From an uncultured Clostridia bacterium (lineage in GTDB: Bacteria > Bacillota > Clostridia > TANB77 > CAG-508), in NCBI GenBank assembly GCA_944386715.1, contig CALXCD010000002.1, positions 12,869 through 76,868 on the forward strand: a stretch of 64,000 nucleotides of DNA, read 5' to 3'. This document shows positions 9,544-18,445 of this stretch, in pieces. The translations under genes and the position numbers were made by a program. The notes below the pieces were generated by a model. The model had not been told where the DNA came from. It did no database searches and worked only from the letters and a program-made list of their open reading frames with translations. Numbering within the stretch: position 1 is the first letter of the stretch; each line of letters begins with the position of its first letter.

Positions 9544-10279
9544 TCAATGTAAAAAATGCATCTCTTAAATTTGTTGTATTTGTATCTCTTTTTATTTCTT
9601 CTGGTGTACCAGTTTTTATCATTTTACCTTTATTTATCATAATTACTCTATTGCATATATTTTCTGCTTCTTCCATGTAATGTGTTGAATAAAGTATTGT
9701 TTTCCCTTTATCTCTTTCTTCTTTAATAAAGTTTAATATAATTTGACTAGATATAATATCAAGTCCTGTCGTTGCTTCATCTAGAATGTAATATTTAGGA
9801 TTATGTACTAAACATCTTGCCAAGTTTACCTTTTGAGTTTGTCCAGTTGATAAATTTGCAATTTTGTTATATAAAAATTGTTCCATACCTAATATTTTTG
9901 TGATTTCTTTTATTCTTTTTTCGCTATTTTTTTTATCTACTCCATATATATCACAACACATTTTTAGTAATTCATAAGTTGATAATGTATCATAAATTTT
10001 TGTATTTCCTGATAGATAAGCAATATTTTGCTTGATTTCAATTTCATTATCTTTATAATTCATTCCATCAAAACTTATTTTTCCTGTTGTTGGTTCTAAT
10101 ATTCCTGCTATCATTCTAAGTAGCGTTGTTTTTCCTGCTCCATTTGGTCCTAATATCCCTATTATTTCTCCGTCATTTGCCTCAAAGGTGATGTCATTGT
10201 CTGCATAAAATTCTTCTCTTTCTTTTTTGTTTTTGTTTCTAACAAATTTCTTTGTTATATGCTCTACAGTAATCATCAC
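9518..10279 (-). CDS. ABC transporter ATP-binding protein
   Basis: Walker A GPNGAGKTT, signature LSTGQ and Walker B YILDEATTGLD. Confidence 0.92.
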   Translation of the reverse strand: MMITVEHITKKFVRNKNKKEREEFYADNDITFEANDGEIIGILGPNGAGKTTLLRMIAGILEPTTGKISFDGMNYKDNEIEIKQNIAYLSGNTKIYDTLSTYELLKMCCDIYGVDKKNSEKRIKEITKILGMEQFLYNKIANLSTGQTQKVNLARCLVHNPKYYILDEATTGLDIISSQIILNFIKEERDKGKTILYSTHYMEEAENICNRVIMINKGKMIKTGTPEEIKRDTNTTNLRDAFFTLIGGVSVEE

Positions 10280-10404
10280 TTTCTCCTTCCTCTTTTTATT
10301 CTTACATGCAACATTATGACATATTATTAAATAAAAAACAAGATATTTGACTCACTACTTTTAGTACATTAAAATAGACCAGTCGTGAAACTGGTCCATG
10401 AAAA

Positions 10405-12066
10405 TTATATGATTTTATCCGCTAATTCATATTGTTTATTATATAGATATTTATTTGTTATAACTGTTGTTACTATATATAATATTCCTAATATTCCAAT
10501 TCCTAAATATACATTTATATCTTTCAATAAAAATACCAATCCTACCATTATTGCAATGTTAAACATTGCAAGTAACATTGGAAAAATTAAATTTAGGTTT
10601 TGTTTTGCAACTGCATATTCAGAATCCCAATTTAATTTTGGTCTTTTTAAATCTACAATAATCATTACTATACTTTGAAAAATTCCCATTATAGTTGCAA
10701 CAACAAATAATGCAATTAAAGTCATGATTGGTAAATTCAAAAGATATTGAGCTATTCCTAATGTAACAATAATTGTCACAATATTCATTATGATATTGGG
10801 AATAATTTTATACATATATTGCTTATACAAAGATACAGGTATATATTTCATAAATACTGCATTTTCTCCATCTCTTGATATAGCTGTAATTGAAATATAG
10901 ATAAACATGGTAAAGAATTGTATCACTCCTAAAATAATACAAGCAATGAAAAATGTATTTGTAGGCATTTGTTGTAACATCTGGGTAATTTGCTCTAATC
11001 CCATTCCATCGCTATTAAATCCTGCAAAAACAACTACAACCATTACAATTGGTATTAAAATTGCTGGTAGTAAACATTGCATTAAAAATACTGGATTTCT
11101 TGCCATATTTTTAAATTCTTTTCCGACATAACTTTTGTATAATTTGCTATTTCTATATTCTTTTTGGTTAATTTCTTTGTTTGAACTAGATGTTCCTCCT
11201 CCAAATAGATTACCTACTAACCCTTTAAAGTATATTTTTTGAGCAATTACCATATATAAAATAAATCCTACTATTGTAATTCCTAATGTTTTTAATATTT
11301 CCACTATTGCAGTGAATAATGAATTTGTTGTTAATGCTTCCATTAAATAATCTACTGTTGGAACATACCCCTTGACTAATTCTATCATTCCATTTGCCTT
11401 AACTATCATTTGTGCCATTTCTTCATTTGTTAAATCCTGTTTCATTCCACTAGTTGAAATGGATAATGCGATAATAATTGCTAAAACTAAAAGTGTAGCA
11501 AATAACTGAAATTTGTTTCTATTTTTTGTAAGTTTTGCAAAACTCATAATAAACATTACGATTATACTGATTAACAGTACTGGTAATATTGGCACTAGAA
11601 TAACTGCAAAAATCGCTGTTAAGTAATATATAATTCCTGCTCCAGTTAATATTCCATACATTATAAGAGGAATAAAGCCTACCAAAAATATTATTAAATA
11701 TTCAGCAATTAGCATTACATTTGTTCTTGCAAGTATGATTTGATATGGCTTTAATGGTAGTGGCAGTAGATATTCACTATCTTTTGTAAAGTATAAAATA
11801 TTGATACATGAAAATATGGTTTGTATTATTACTAAACCAAATATCATAAATAAAATCATTCCTACAAATATTGTTTCTTGGTGTATTGCAATTAGTCCAT
11901 CTAGCAAGTTATATCCTAAAAATATAATCAGTCCTGCAAAGTATAAAAATAATAATCCATAAACTATAATTTTACTTTTTGACTTTGTAGAAATTCCCAT
12001 TCTAGCATCCATATTAGAAAAGGAATTTTTAAGAAATATTTTTGTTAATTTGATTACTTTATCCAT
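10405..12066 (-). CDS. Polytopic membrane protein, putative ABC-exporter permease component
   Basis: 553 aa with at least 12 hydrophobic segments. It lies immediately downstream of an ABC ATPase gene. Confidence 0.7.
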   Translation of the reverse strand: MDKVIKLTKIFLKNSFSNMDARMGISTKSKSKIIVYGLLFLYFAGLIIFLGYNLLDGLIAIHQETIFVGMILFMIFGLVIIQTIFSCINILYFTKDSEYLLPLPLKPYQIILARTNVMLIAEYLIIFLVGFIPLIMYGILTGAGIIYYLTAIFAVILVPILPVLLISIIVMFIMSFAKLTKNRNKFQLFATLLVLAIIIALSISTSGMKQDLTNEEMAQMIVKANGMIELVKGYVPTVDYLMEALTTNSLFTAIVEILKTLGITIVGFILYMVIAQKIYFKGLVGNLFGGGTSSSNKEINQKEYRNSKLYKSYVGKEFKNMARNPVFLMQCLLPAILIPIVMVVVVFAGFNSDGMGLEQITQMLQQMPTNTFFIACIILGVIQFFTMFIYISITAISRDGENAVFMKYIPVSLYKQYMYKIIPNIIMNIVTIIVTLGIAQYLLNLPIMTLIALFVVATIMGIFQSIVMIIVDLKRPKLNWDSEYAVAKQNLNLIFPMLLAMFNIAIMVGLVFLLKDINVYLGIGILGILYIVTTVITNKYLYNKQYELADKII

Positions 12067-12087
12067 CCACTTTCTTCCTTTCCCATA

Positions 12088-12810
12088 TTATTTTTCTGTA
12101 ATTTCTAAGAATAAATCTTCTAATGAAGCATTTTCTTTAAATTTTTGTTTCATCTCATCAAATGTTCCTACAAATACTAATTTTCCTTTGTTTATAATTC
12201 CTACTCTGTCACATAATTTTTCTGCTACTTCTAATATGTGTGTTGAGAAGAATACTGTTTTTCCTGACCTTGCGTGTTCTCTCATCATTTCTTTTAAATC
12301 ATAAGATGATTTCGGATCTAGTCCTGTCATTGGTTCATCTAATATCCAATTCTTTGGTTCTGAAAGTAAAGCTCCACATATAACTATTTTTTGCCTCATA
12401 CCATGTGAATAGCTTTGAATTTGATTATTTAACTCATTATATATTCCAAACTTTTTAGTAAGTTCTTCTATCTTTTCCTTTCTCTTATTTTGTGGTACAT
12501 CATAAACATCTGCCATAAACATTAAATATTCTATTCCCTTTAATTTTAGAAACATATCAGGACTATCTGGTACAAATCCAAAATTTTTCTTTGCTTCTAA
12601 TGGCTCTCTTTTTATACTTTTACCATCTATTAAAATATCTCCTTCATCAATATTTAATATTCCTGTTATCATTCTTATTGTTGTTGTTTTACCAGCTCCA
12701 TTTGGTCCTAAAAACCCAAATATTTCTCCATTTTTAATTTCAAGATTTAAGTTCTCTACTGACTTTTTCCCTTTTACATAGGATTTTGAAACATTCTTTA
12801 TTTCAATCAT
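12088..12810 (-). CDS. ABC transporter ATP-binding protein
   Basis: Walker A GPNGAGKTT, signature YSHGMRQ and Walker B ILDEPMTGLD. Confidence 0.92.
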   Translation of the reverse strand: MIEIKNVSKSYVKGKKSVENLNLEIKNGEIFGFLGPNGAGKTTTIRMITGILNIDEGDILIDGKSIKREPLEAKKNFGFVPDSPDMFLKLKGIEYLMFMADVYDVPQNKRKEKIEELTKKFGIYNELNNQIQSYSHGMRQKIVICGALLSEPKNWILDEPMTGLDPKSSYDLKEMMREHARSGKTVFFSTHILEVAEKLCDRVGIINKGKLVFVGTFDEMKQKFKENASLEDLFLEITEK

Positions 12811-12824
12811 TTTTCGTACCTCCC

Positions 12825-13451
12825 CTATTTTCTATTTTTATAAAATAAATATGACGAATATATTGTAGTTAAAACAGCACAAACTATAAGTATTATCATT
12901 AATATAAAAGACACTATTGAATTTAGAAATGCTGAAATTATAAATAGTAATCCCATTATCACAAAGAAATATCCTGCTGGTCTTTTTACTTTTTCCCAAA
13001 AATCTTTTCTTACATAATACATTTGTAATTTATTGATTTCAGTTTTGGGCATATAATTTCCTATAATCATAAAAATTATTCCCAATGTTATACATACAAT
13101 TATTCTCATATCTAATTCAATTCCTGCACCATAAGCTAACATTGTTAAATAACATACCATTCCAATTATAGGTATTATCCATTTATAAATGGTTATATAT
13201 TTCTTATTTTGCTTTTTTTGTTCCATACAATCACTTGATATACAACAAATTATTTGTAATGCTGTCATAAGTAGTGGAATACCAAACAAAGCAAATTCTT
13301 TAGGTGCAAAACTGTTAGGTTCATTGTTTAGTCCAAAGTGTACTGCCATTTGTTCTGGTAATTGATTATATAAAATTACTCCAAATATTGTTGGTACTAT
13401 GCACATTAAAGTTGTTATAATTAAAATTTTCCAATCAATTCTTTTCTTCAT
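12825..13451 (-). CDS. SdpI/YhfL-family membrane protein (DUF1648 + SdpI-like)
   Basis: Multi-TM protein directly after an SdpR-type regulator. The likely start MKKRIDWK at 13451 overlaps the regulator stop by 17 nt. Confidence 0.7.
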   Translation of the reverse strand: MKKRIDWKILIITTLMCIVPTIFGVILYNQLPEQMAVHFGLNNEPNSFAPKEFALFGIPLLMTALQIICCISSDCMEQKKQNKKYITIYKWIIPIIGMVCYLTMLAYGAGIELDMRIIVCITLGIIFMIIGNYMPKTEINKLQMYYVRKDFWEKVKRPAGYFFVIMGLLFIISAFLNSIVSFILMIILIVCAVLTTIYSSYLFYKNRK

Positions 13452-13734
13452 TGTTATTATCTCCCTTCTTATCATCTTTTCCAAATTGATAAATCCAAAC
13501 TAGTATCTCTTCAAAAACAGATGTGTTTAGTTCATAATAAATATAATTTTTATATTTCTCTTCTTTTACTAAATCTGCCTTCTTTAAATAGGATAAATGA
13601 TAAGATACTGATGCGTTTGTTATATTAAATTTATCTGCTATATCACCAGCTGTCATCTTTCCTTTTCTTAACATTTCTAGTATATTTCTTCTGACAGGGT
13701 CTGATATAGCTTTTAATGTTTCTGACATTCCCAT
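13435..13734 (-). CDS. ArsR/SdpR-family autorepressor
   Basis: KAISDPVRRNILEMLRKGKMTAGDIADKFNITNASVSYHLSYLKKADLV, a winged-HTH region of ArsR/SmtB type. Confidence 0.88.
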   Translation of the reverse strand: MGMSETLKAISDPVRRNILEMLRKGKMTAGDIADKFNITNASVSYHLSYLKKADLVKEEKYKNYIYYELNTSVFEEILVWIYQFGKDDKKGDNNNEEKN

Positions 13735-13749
13735 ATACTCACCTTCACT

Positions 13750-13825
13750 ATTTAGATATTTGTCTAAATAGATTTTACTATTTTAATTTTATAATGTCAA
13801 TAGATATTTAGAGATTTATCTAAAT
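13750..13825. promoter_or_regulatory. Two palindromic operator candidates ATTTAGA-N6-TCTAAAT upstream of the SdpR-like gene
   Basis: ATTTAGATATTTGTCTAAAT at 13750-13769 and ATTTAGAGATTTATCTAAAT at 13806-13825, 16-90 nt upstream of the regulator start. Confidence 0.6.
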
Positions 13826-14001
13826 AGTTTTATAAATAAAAAAATACCTATATTTCAAACTGTTTTTTACATTTATACAAGTCAATTTCCTTGAATTTTA
13901 CGATAAAATATAGTATAATTTAATTTGAATTATGTATTTGAAACCATAAAAGCAATCACTTGGAGGTTTCAAAGCCTCCAAAAAATTTTAGGAGGTTTGA
14001 C

Positions 14002-14145
14002 ATGAGGAAAAAATCTACTGCATTATTAAATTTGTATTCTTATCACGACAGGAAACGGTCTATTACTGAACATTGGAAGGATAAATCATCTAGATTAAAT
14101 GTATATTTAAATCGTTCTCATAGTGAAAGAGCAAAAAAGAAATAG
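14002..14145 (+). CDS. Small highly basic protein (47 aa), function unknown
   Basis: ATG at 14002 preceded by AGGAGG at a 7-nt spacing, encoding MRKKSTALLNLYSYHDRKRSITEHWKDKSSRLNVYLNRSHSERAKKK. The hairpin AAGAGGATT..AATCCTCTT plus T-run follows at about 14156-14190. Confidence 0.5.
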   Translation: MRKKSTALLNLYSYHDRKRSITEHWKDKSSRLNVYLNRSHSERAKKK

Positions 14146-14192
14146 TGCATATTTTAAGAGGATTAGTTTGAAATATAACCAATCCTCTTTTT

Positions 14193-14853
14193 CTATTTCC
14201 AATATTCACTTATTATACTTGCTAATTCTTTTGGATTCTCTGTATTTACTTCATGTCCTGCATTTTTTATAATTTCTAATTTACTTGCTTTTATATTCCT
14301 ATTTAATTGTTTTGCACTTTCCATATTTACATTATCTTTTTCGCCACATAAAATTAATGCTTGGCATTTTATATTATCTACTTTTGATTTAATATCTAAA
14401 TCTGCCATTGAATTCGTTAAATTGATAAAATCATTCTTCTTTATTCCCATATTTTCAAATGTACTTTTAGGCATAAATCTGAATATGAGATTTTGCAATT
14501 TAAACATCTTTTTTGATATTTCGTATGGTGTACCTACAAGTATTATAGAATTTACCTTTTCTGGATATTCTATCGCATAATCAATAGATAATATACCTCC
14601 TAATGATAAACCACATAAGTTTATTTTTTCTTTAAAAGAATTACAATAATCACAAAAAGTTCTATATATATTTTCATAATTTATTTCATAATTTTTAGCT
14701 AATTCAAATAAATTTGGATTTTCTGCTTTTATATTACTTTTATCTAATTCTTCTATAATCTTATCCCAACTTTTTTCTGTTTGACCTAATCCATGTACTA
14801 ATATATGTTGTTTTTCCTGCTCTTCCTACTCCTATTATCACTATATTTTTCAT
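14193..14853 (-). CDS. Alpha/beta hydrolase, with an apparent frameshift near the 5' end
   Basis: The frame of the called ORF stays open upstream: HILVHGLGQTEKSW ... LCGLSLGGILS nucleophile elbow ... GHEVNTENP. The only start (ATG at 14853, TAATG overlap with the upstream stop) is in another frame, and the switch lies near 14819-14830. Confidence 0.75.
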
Positions 14854-15788
14854 TACTTTATTTTCCTTTCATATTTCACTAATAAGTTTGCCACTTCTAC
14901 ATCCATTCTTGCCACTGCTTCCATTGTTACTCCTGCTATATGTGGTGTTACGATTACATTATTTCTTTTTATGTTTAAAATATCTTTATAATTTTCGGCA
15001 TCAATATCTAAACCAACATTAAATGTCTTATTTTCATCAGCATACTTAATTAATTCAGACATATCTACAAGTTCTCCCCTTGAAGTATTTATGAAGGTGG
15101 CTGTTTTTTTCATTAGTTTAATTTTATCTTTAGAAATTAAATTTTTATTTTCTTCAGTTAAAGGTATGTTAATTGTTATAATATCAGCATTTGATAACAC
15201 TTCATCTAAAGACACGAATTTAATTCCTTGTTTTATTAAATCTTGATGTTTTTCTGGATTTAATGTATTACAAATAATGTTCATATTAAATGATTTCGAC
15301 ATTCGTATTACTTCATGAGAAATTTTCCCAGCACCAATGATTCCAAGTGTACTACCAGTTATGTCATTACTTCTCATAGATAAATTTCTTCTATTTTCGC
15401 CTTTTAATGAAATATCATTTGCTTCTATAATTCTCTTTTTTAATCCTAATATTAATGCAAATATATGCTCTGCTACTGATATAACATTTGAATTTTGGCA
15501 GTTAATTATTTTGATTTTATCATTTTCTAGGAATACTTTATCTATATGATCTAATCCAACAGATAATGTTGCTATTATTTTTTCCTTTGTTGTTATTGGT
15601 AACATATCTTTTGTGAATTTATCTTCTATTCCGATTATAAGGATATCATATTCATTTAATAATATAACCAATTCATTTTTATCTGGTCTTTTATCTGAAT
15701 TTGAAATATCTAATTGTATTCCTGCATTTCTAATTATTTCACATGCTTTTTTATCTAAATTTTTTATTATACTATATGCTTTTAACAT
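14853..15788 (-). CDS. D-isomer-specific 2-hydroxyacid dehydrogenase family protein
   Basis: NAD-binding GIIGAGKISHEV and a catalytic-domain end NVIVTPHIAGVT. Confidence 0.85.
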   Translation of the reverse strand: MLKAYSIIKNLDKKACEIIRNAGIQLDISNSDKRPDKNELVILLNEYDILIIGIEDKFTKDMLPITTKEKIIATLSVGLDHIDKVFLENDKIKIINCQNSNVISVAEHIFALILGLKKRIIEANDISLKGENRRNLSMRSNDITGSTLGIIGAGKISHEVIRMSKSFNMNIICNTLNPEKHQDLIKQGIKFVSLDEVLSNADIITINIPLTEENKNLISKDKIKLMKKTATFINTSRGELVDMSELIKYADENKTFNVGLDIDAENYKDILNIKRNNVIVTPHIAGVTMEAVARMDVEVANLLVKYERKIK

Positions 15789-15999
15789 CTTTTTCTCCTT
15801 AAACTAATTTTCTTTCACATATTATCATAATAATAAAAACTTTTCAATGCACATAATTTCTGAAGATAGTATCAAGTTATTTTATCATCTCTTTCATTTG
15901 CGTTTATTATGTAAATATGATATAATACTATTTGAAACTTATTAATATGATATTGCTTTTTTGCAGTATCTTTTGTAACTATATGGAAAGAGGTATATC

Positions 16000-16521
16000 A
16001 TGACAGAAAAATTTATGGCAATTTTAAACTCAATAGGAACTTATCCACCCAACTTTGTTACGGATTTCTCTATCTATCGGAACTGCTATGCACATGCTTT
16101 AAATTGTATGTTTGAAGATAGAGATTATTCAGTATATTCACCTGGTGCTATTTGTGCTACTTTTAATGATAGTGATGTTATGAATGATAGCGTTGATGGT
16201 AGCTACTATTTTAGAGATGACTTATTTATAAAATTGATAAAAAGAGATTGTTCTGTTTTGTCAATTAAGGCTGATTGTTGCAATTTTGATTCTAAGATAG
16301 AGGAAAATGCTTATAAAATTGCCCTGACTTATTCTAAAGCAGAAAATGATTTTCATTTTATCAGGCAAAATGCTGATGGTTTATGGTCTCATAAGCCTGG
16401 TTTTGGCAATATACATCACATAATCAAAAGTCAACTTATTCCTTATCATGGTGAATCACACATTGAAGTATATGGTGCTCCTTACAGAGTTGTTGAAATT
16501 ATGAAGTTACAGAAGTTTTAA
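16000..16521 (+). CDS. Hypothetical protein with a Cys...His signature (possible papain-fold hydrolase)
   Basis: 173 aa with no signal peptide. Motifs RNCYAHALN and DFHFIRQNADGLWSHKPG. GAAAGAGG lies upstream of the ATG and two hairpins lie downstream. Confidence 0.6.
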   Translation: MTEKFMAILNSIGTYPPNFVTDFSIYRNCYAHALNCMFEDRDYSVYSPGAICATFNDSDVMNDSVDGSYYFRDDLFIKLIKRDCSVLSIKADCCNFDSKIEENAYKIALTYSKAENDFHFIRQNADGLWSHKPGFGNIHHIIKSQLIPYHGESHIEVYGAPYRVVEIMKLQKF

Positions 16522-16587
16522 TTTTAAAAGCAGTACGCATTAATATAAAGGGCACACTGCTTTTGCCATATGTAATAGGTATGGTTA

Positions 16588-16608
16588 AGAGGTCACAATG
16601 TGACCTCT
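16588..16608 (+). terminator. Hairpin AGAGGTCACA-A-TGTGACCTCT downstream of the 16000-16521 gene
   Basis: 10-bp perfect stem followed by ATTTTAAAAAA. A second hairpin (AAAAGCAGTACGC / GCACACTGCTTTT) lies at about 16526-16565. Confidence 0.5.
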
Positions 16609-16692
16609 ATTTTAAAAAATGTTCAATTATTCTGTCCCATATTATCTTCCTCCTGCCAATTTTGGCTTTTTGTAAAATAACTAAATTTAGGC

Positions 16693-16947
16693 TTAACAGA
16701 TATCTATGATATTTCCTGCTTTAACCTTTAGCCTTATTGCATCTCCACTTCTTTTATTTTTCCAAATTTTTCGGTAATCAAAATCGTATTTGTAAAATTT
16801 TTTTGAAAACCTTCTTCCATTTTGAAAAACAAATTCAAGTGTAATGGTATCAATATCTTCTTGTTTTGTTTGTACATCTTTTATTGTTGTTTCTAAAACT
16901 TCAATAGGTGCTTCTGATTGCTGTACTAAAAATTTTCTTCTCCTCAT
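16693..16947 (-). CDS. Hypothetical small protein (84 aa)
   Basis: An ORF with AAGGAGAA upstream. I recognise no motif. Confidence 0.45.
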   Translation of the reverse strand: MRRRKFLVQQSEAPIEVLETTIKDVQTKQEDIDTITLEFVFQNGRRFSKKFYKYDFDYRKIWKNKRSGDAIRLKVKAGNIIDIC

Positions 16948-17148
16948 TTTGTTTTCTCCTTATTGAATTTTATATTAAACACTTTGTTCCTGCATTATCT
17001 CTTGATTTTAGTTATCTCTCCTTTCTTATTGTTTAATGAGGATATATTCTACATCGTATTTACTTGTATCTTTTATAGTTTAACATATTTTTATGATTAT
17101 TTTGAAGATATCCATAAGTAAATATTAGTTTTCCTTTTCTATGAAAAA

Positions 17149-17173
17149 AATCCAGCTCTTATCGAGCTGGATT
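17149..17173 (-). terminator. Rho-independent terminator after the LysM gene
   Basis: On the minus strand, AATCCAGCTCG-ATAA-GAGCTGGATT is followed by TTTTTTT. Confidence 0.75.
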
Positions 17174-17216
17174 AGATTCCTATTCAGCAATCTAGAGTGA
17201 TGAGAGTTTTCAATTT

Positions 17217-17675
17217 TCATTTGATTACCAAATAATCACCTGCATAAATAATATTTGCATTTGTGATGTTTTGGTTTTGTTTTAGTAATTCTTCTACTGA
17301 AGTATTATACTTTTCGGCTATTGTATTTAAAGTATCTCCTGGCTGTATTACGTATTTACTGACTGCAATTTCAACAGTACATATAGTATCATCAAAATCG
17401 CATTCATTTATTTCCCAGTAAATTGGAAGATTTTTTCCCTTTAAAGTATTATATAAGTCTTTACTTTGATACTCCATAGGAACAATCGTAACAATAGCCG
17501 CTTTCACTGCATCTTTCTCAAACTTACTTTTTAGCTCATCCATTTCAGATATGCTAAACCATGAAGCAATTTGGATAAAGTCGCATTTATCATCTATAGA
17601 AGATACAACTTCTTTGTATGTTTCGGCTCCTTTACTTTTAAAAATTTTGTATTGAACATCTTTATGATGATTCAA
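17217..17675 (-). CDS. LysM-domain protein, 5' region apparently disrupted
   Basis: C-terminal LysM: YVIQPGDTLNTIAEKYNTSVEELLKQNQNITNANIIYAGDYLVI. The same frame stays open about 150 nt further upstream without any ATG, and other frames continue to an ATG at 17917. Confidence 0.7.
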   Translation of the reverse strand: MNHHKDVQYKIFKSKGAETYKEVVSSIDDKCDFIQIASWFSISEMDELKSKFEKDAVKAAIVTIVPMEYQSKDLYNTLKGKNLPIYWEINECDFDDTICTVEIAVSKYVIQPGDTLNTIAEKYNTSVEELLKQNQNITNANIIYAGDYLVIK

Positions 17676-17990
17676 GGAGCTTACAGTCCAAACTAACCGG
17701 TCTTTGTTGTTATCTTGTTGCTTCTGTTTTAAACAATATGTTTTTACTATATCTGAAACATAACTGAATCCGTTATAAACGGAAATTTCTGATAAGTCAT
17801 ATAACTTTTGATGTCTTTACTTCAGTGTCTTCCCCTGATGTTAAATCATCGGGTGATAAAGCATATATTTTTCTATTTCTTCCTTGTATTTATTAATATG
17901 GTTATTTTTGTCATCATATTATAGAAAAAGTCAAAATAAATAGATGAAAACAAAAAAATCCAACTCTTATTTGGTCGGATTTTTCTGTTT

Positions 17991-18410
17991 TTAAACTCTA
18001 TCCCTATTTAGGGGATGGCTTTTTTTGCGAGCTAGCTTTTTGTCAATGGCAATTAGCAAATATCCCAATGTAAGGATAAATATTGCTATTCCTATAATCC
18101 AATAAACAATTCCTTTTATGCCTAGCACTTTATAATCTAAAAAGAAATAGGCAAATTCTCTAGAACCACCAATACTGTAAAAAACACCTCCTTTTGCATG
18201 AAAAAGATAGACAAAACAAACATATGCACCTGGTAGTATTAGCCACAACCATGGGTAATATATTTTATAAGTACCTTTTTCATCCAAAATCAAGTAATCC
18301 AAAACGACAAGTACAGGAGACACTATGTGAACAAGTATATTTCCAATTGCTTTGCCTGTTATGCCTTCTGATACTTTGTACATAGGGAAATCATTTGGCA
18401 GTAATGCCAC
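17991..18410 (-). CDS. Integral membrane protein, function unknown, possibly 5'-truncated
   Basis: 139 aa with about four TM segments. Only 35 nt separate its start from the sortase stop, and there is no clear RBS. Confidence 0.5.
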   Translation of the reverse strand: MALLPNDFPMYKVSEGITGKAIGNILVHIVSPVLVVLDYLILDEKGTYKIYYPWLWLILPGAYVCFVYLFHAKGGVFYSIGGSREFAYFFLDYKVLGIKGIVYWIIGIAIFILTLGYLLIAIDKKLARKKSHPLNRDRV

Positions 18411-18445
18411 TAAATTTTCTGTCGGGAATTTACTGTCGCAAAATG

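Noticed and set aside
10385-12304. Plus-strand ORFs 10385-10678, 10907-11131 and 12050-12304
   Set aside because: They are antisense to ABC transporter genes, with hydrophobic or low-complexity shadow translations and no RBS.
17676-17990. c-di-AMP (ydaO-type) riboswitch upstream of the LysM gene
   Set aside because: Only vague CACCCGAUGA..CAUCAGGGGA pairing is present. The conserved GGGGACCCA, GGGGUGAAUC and CAGCUAACC elements are absent, and the region reads better as disrupted coding sequence.
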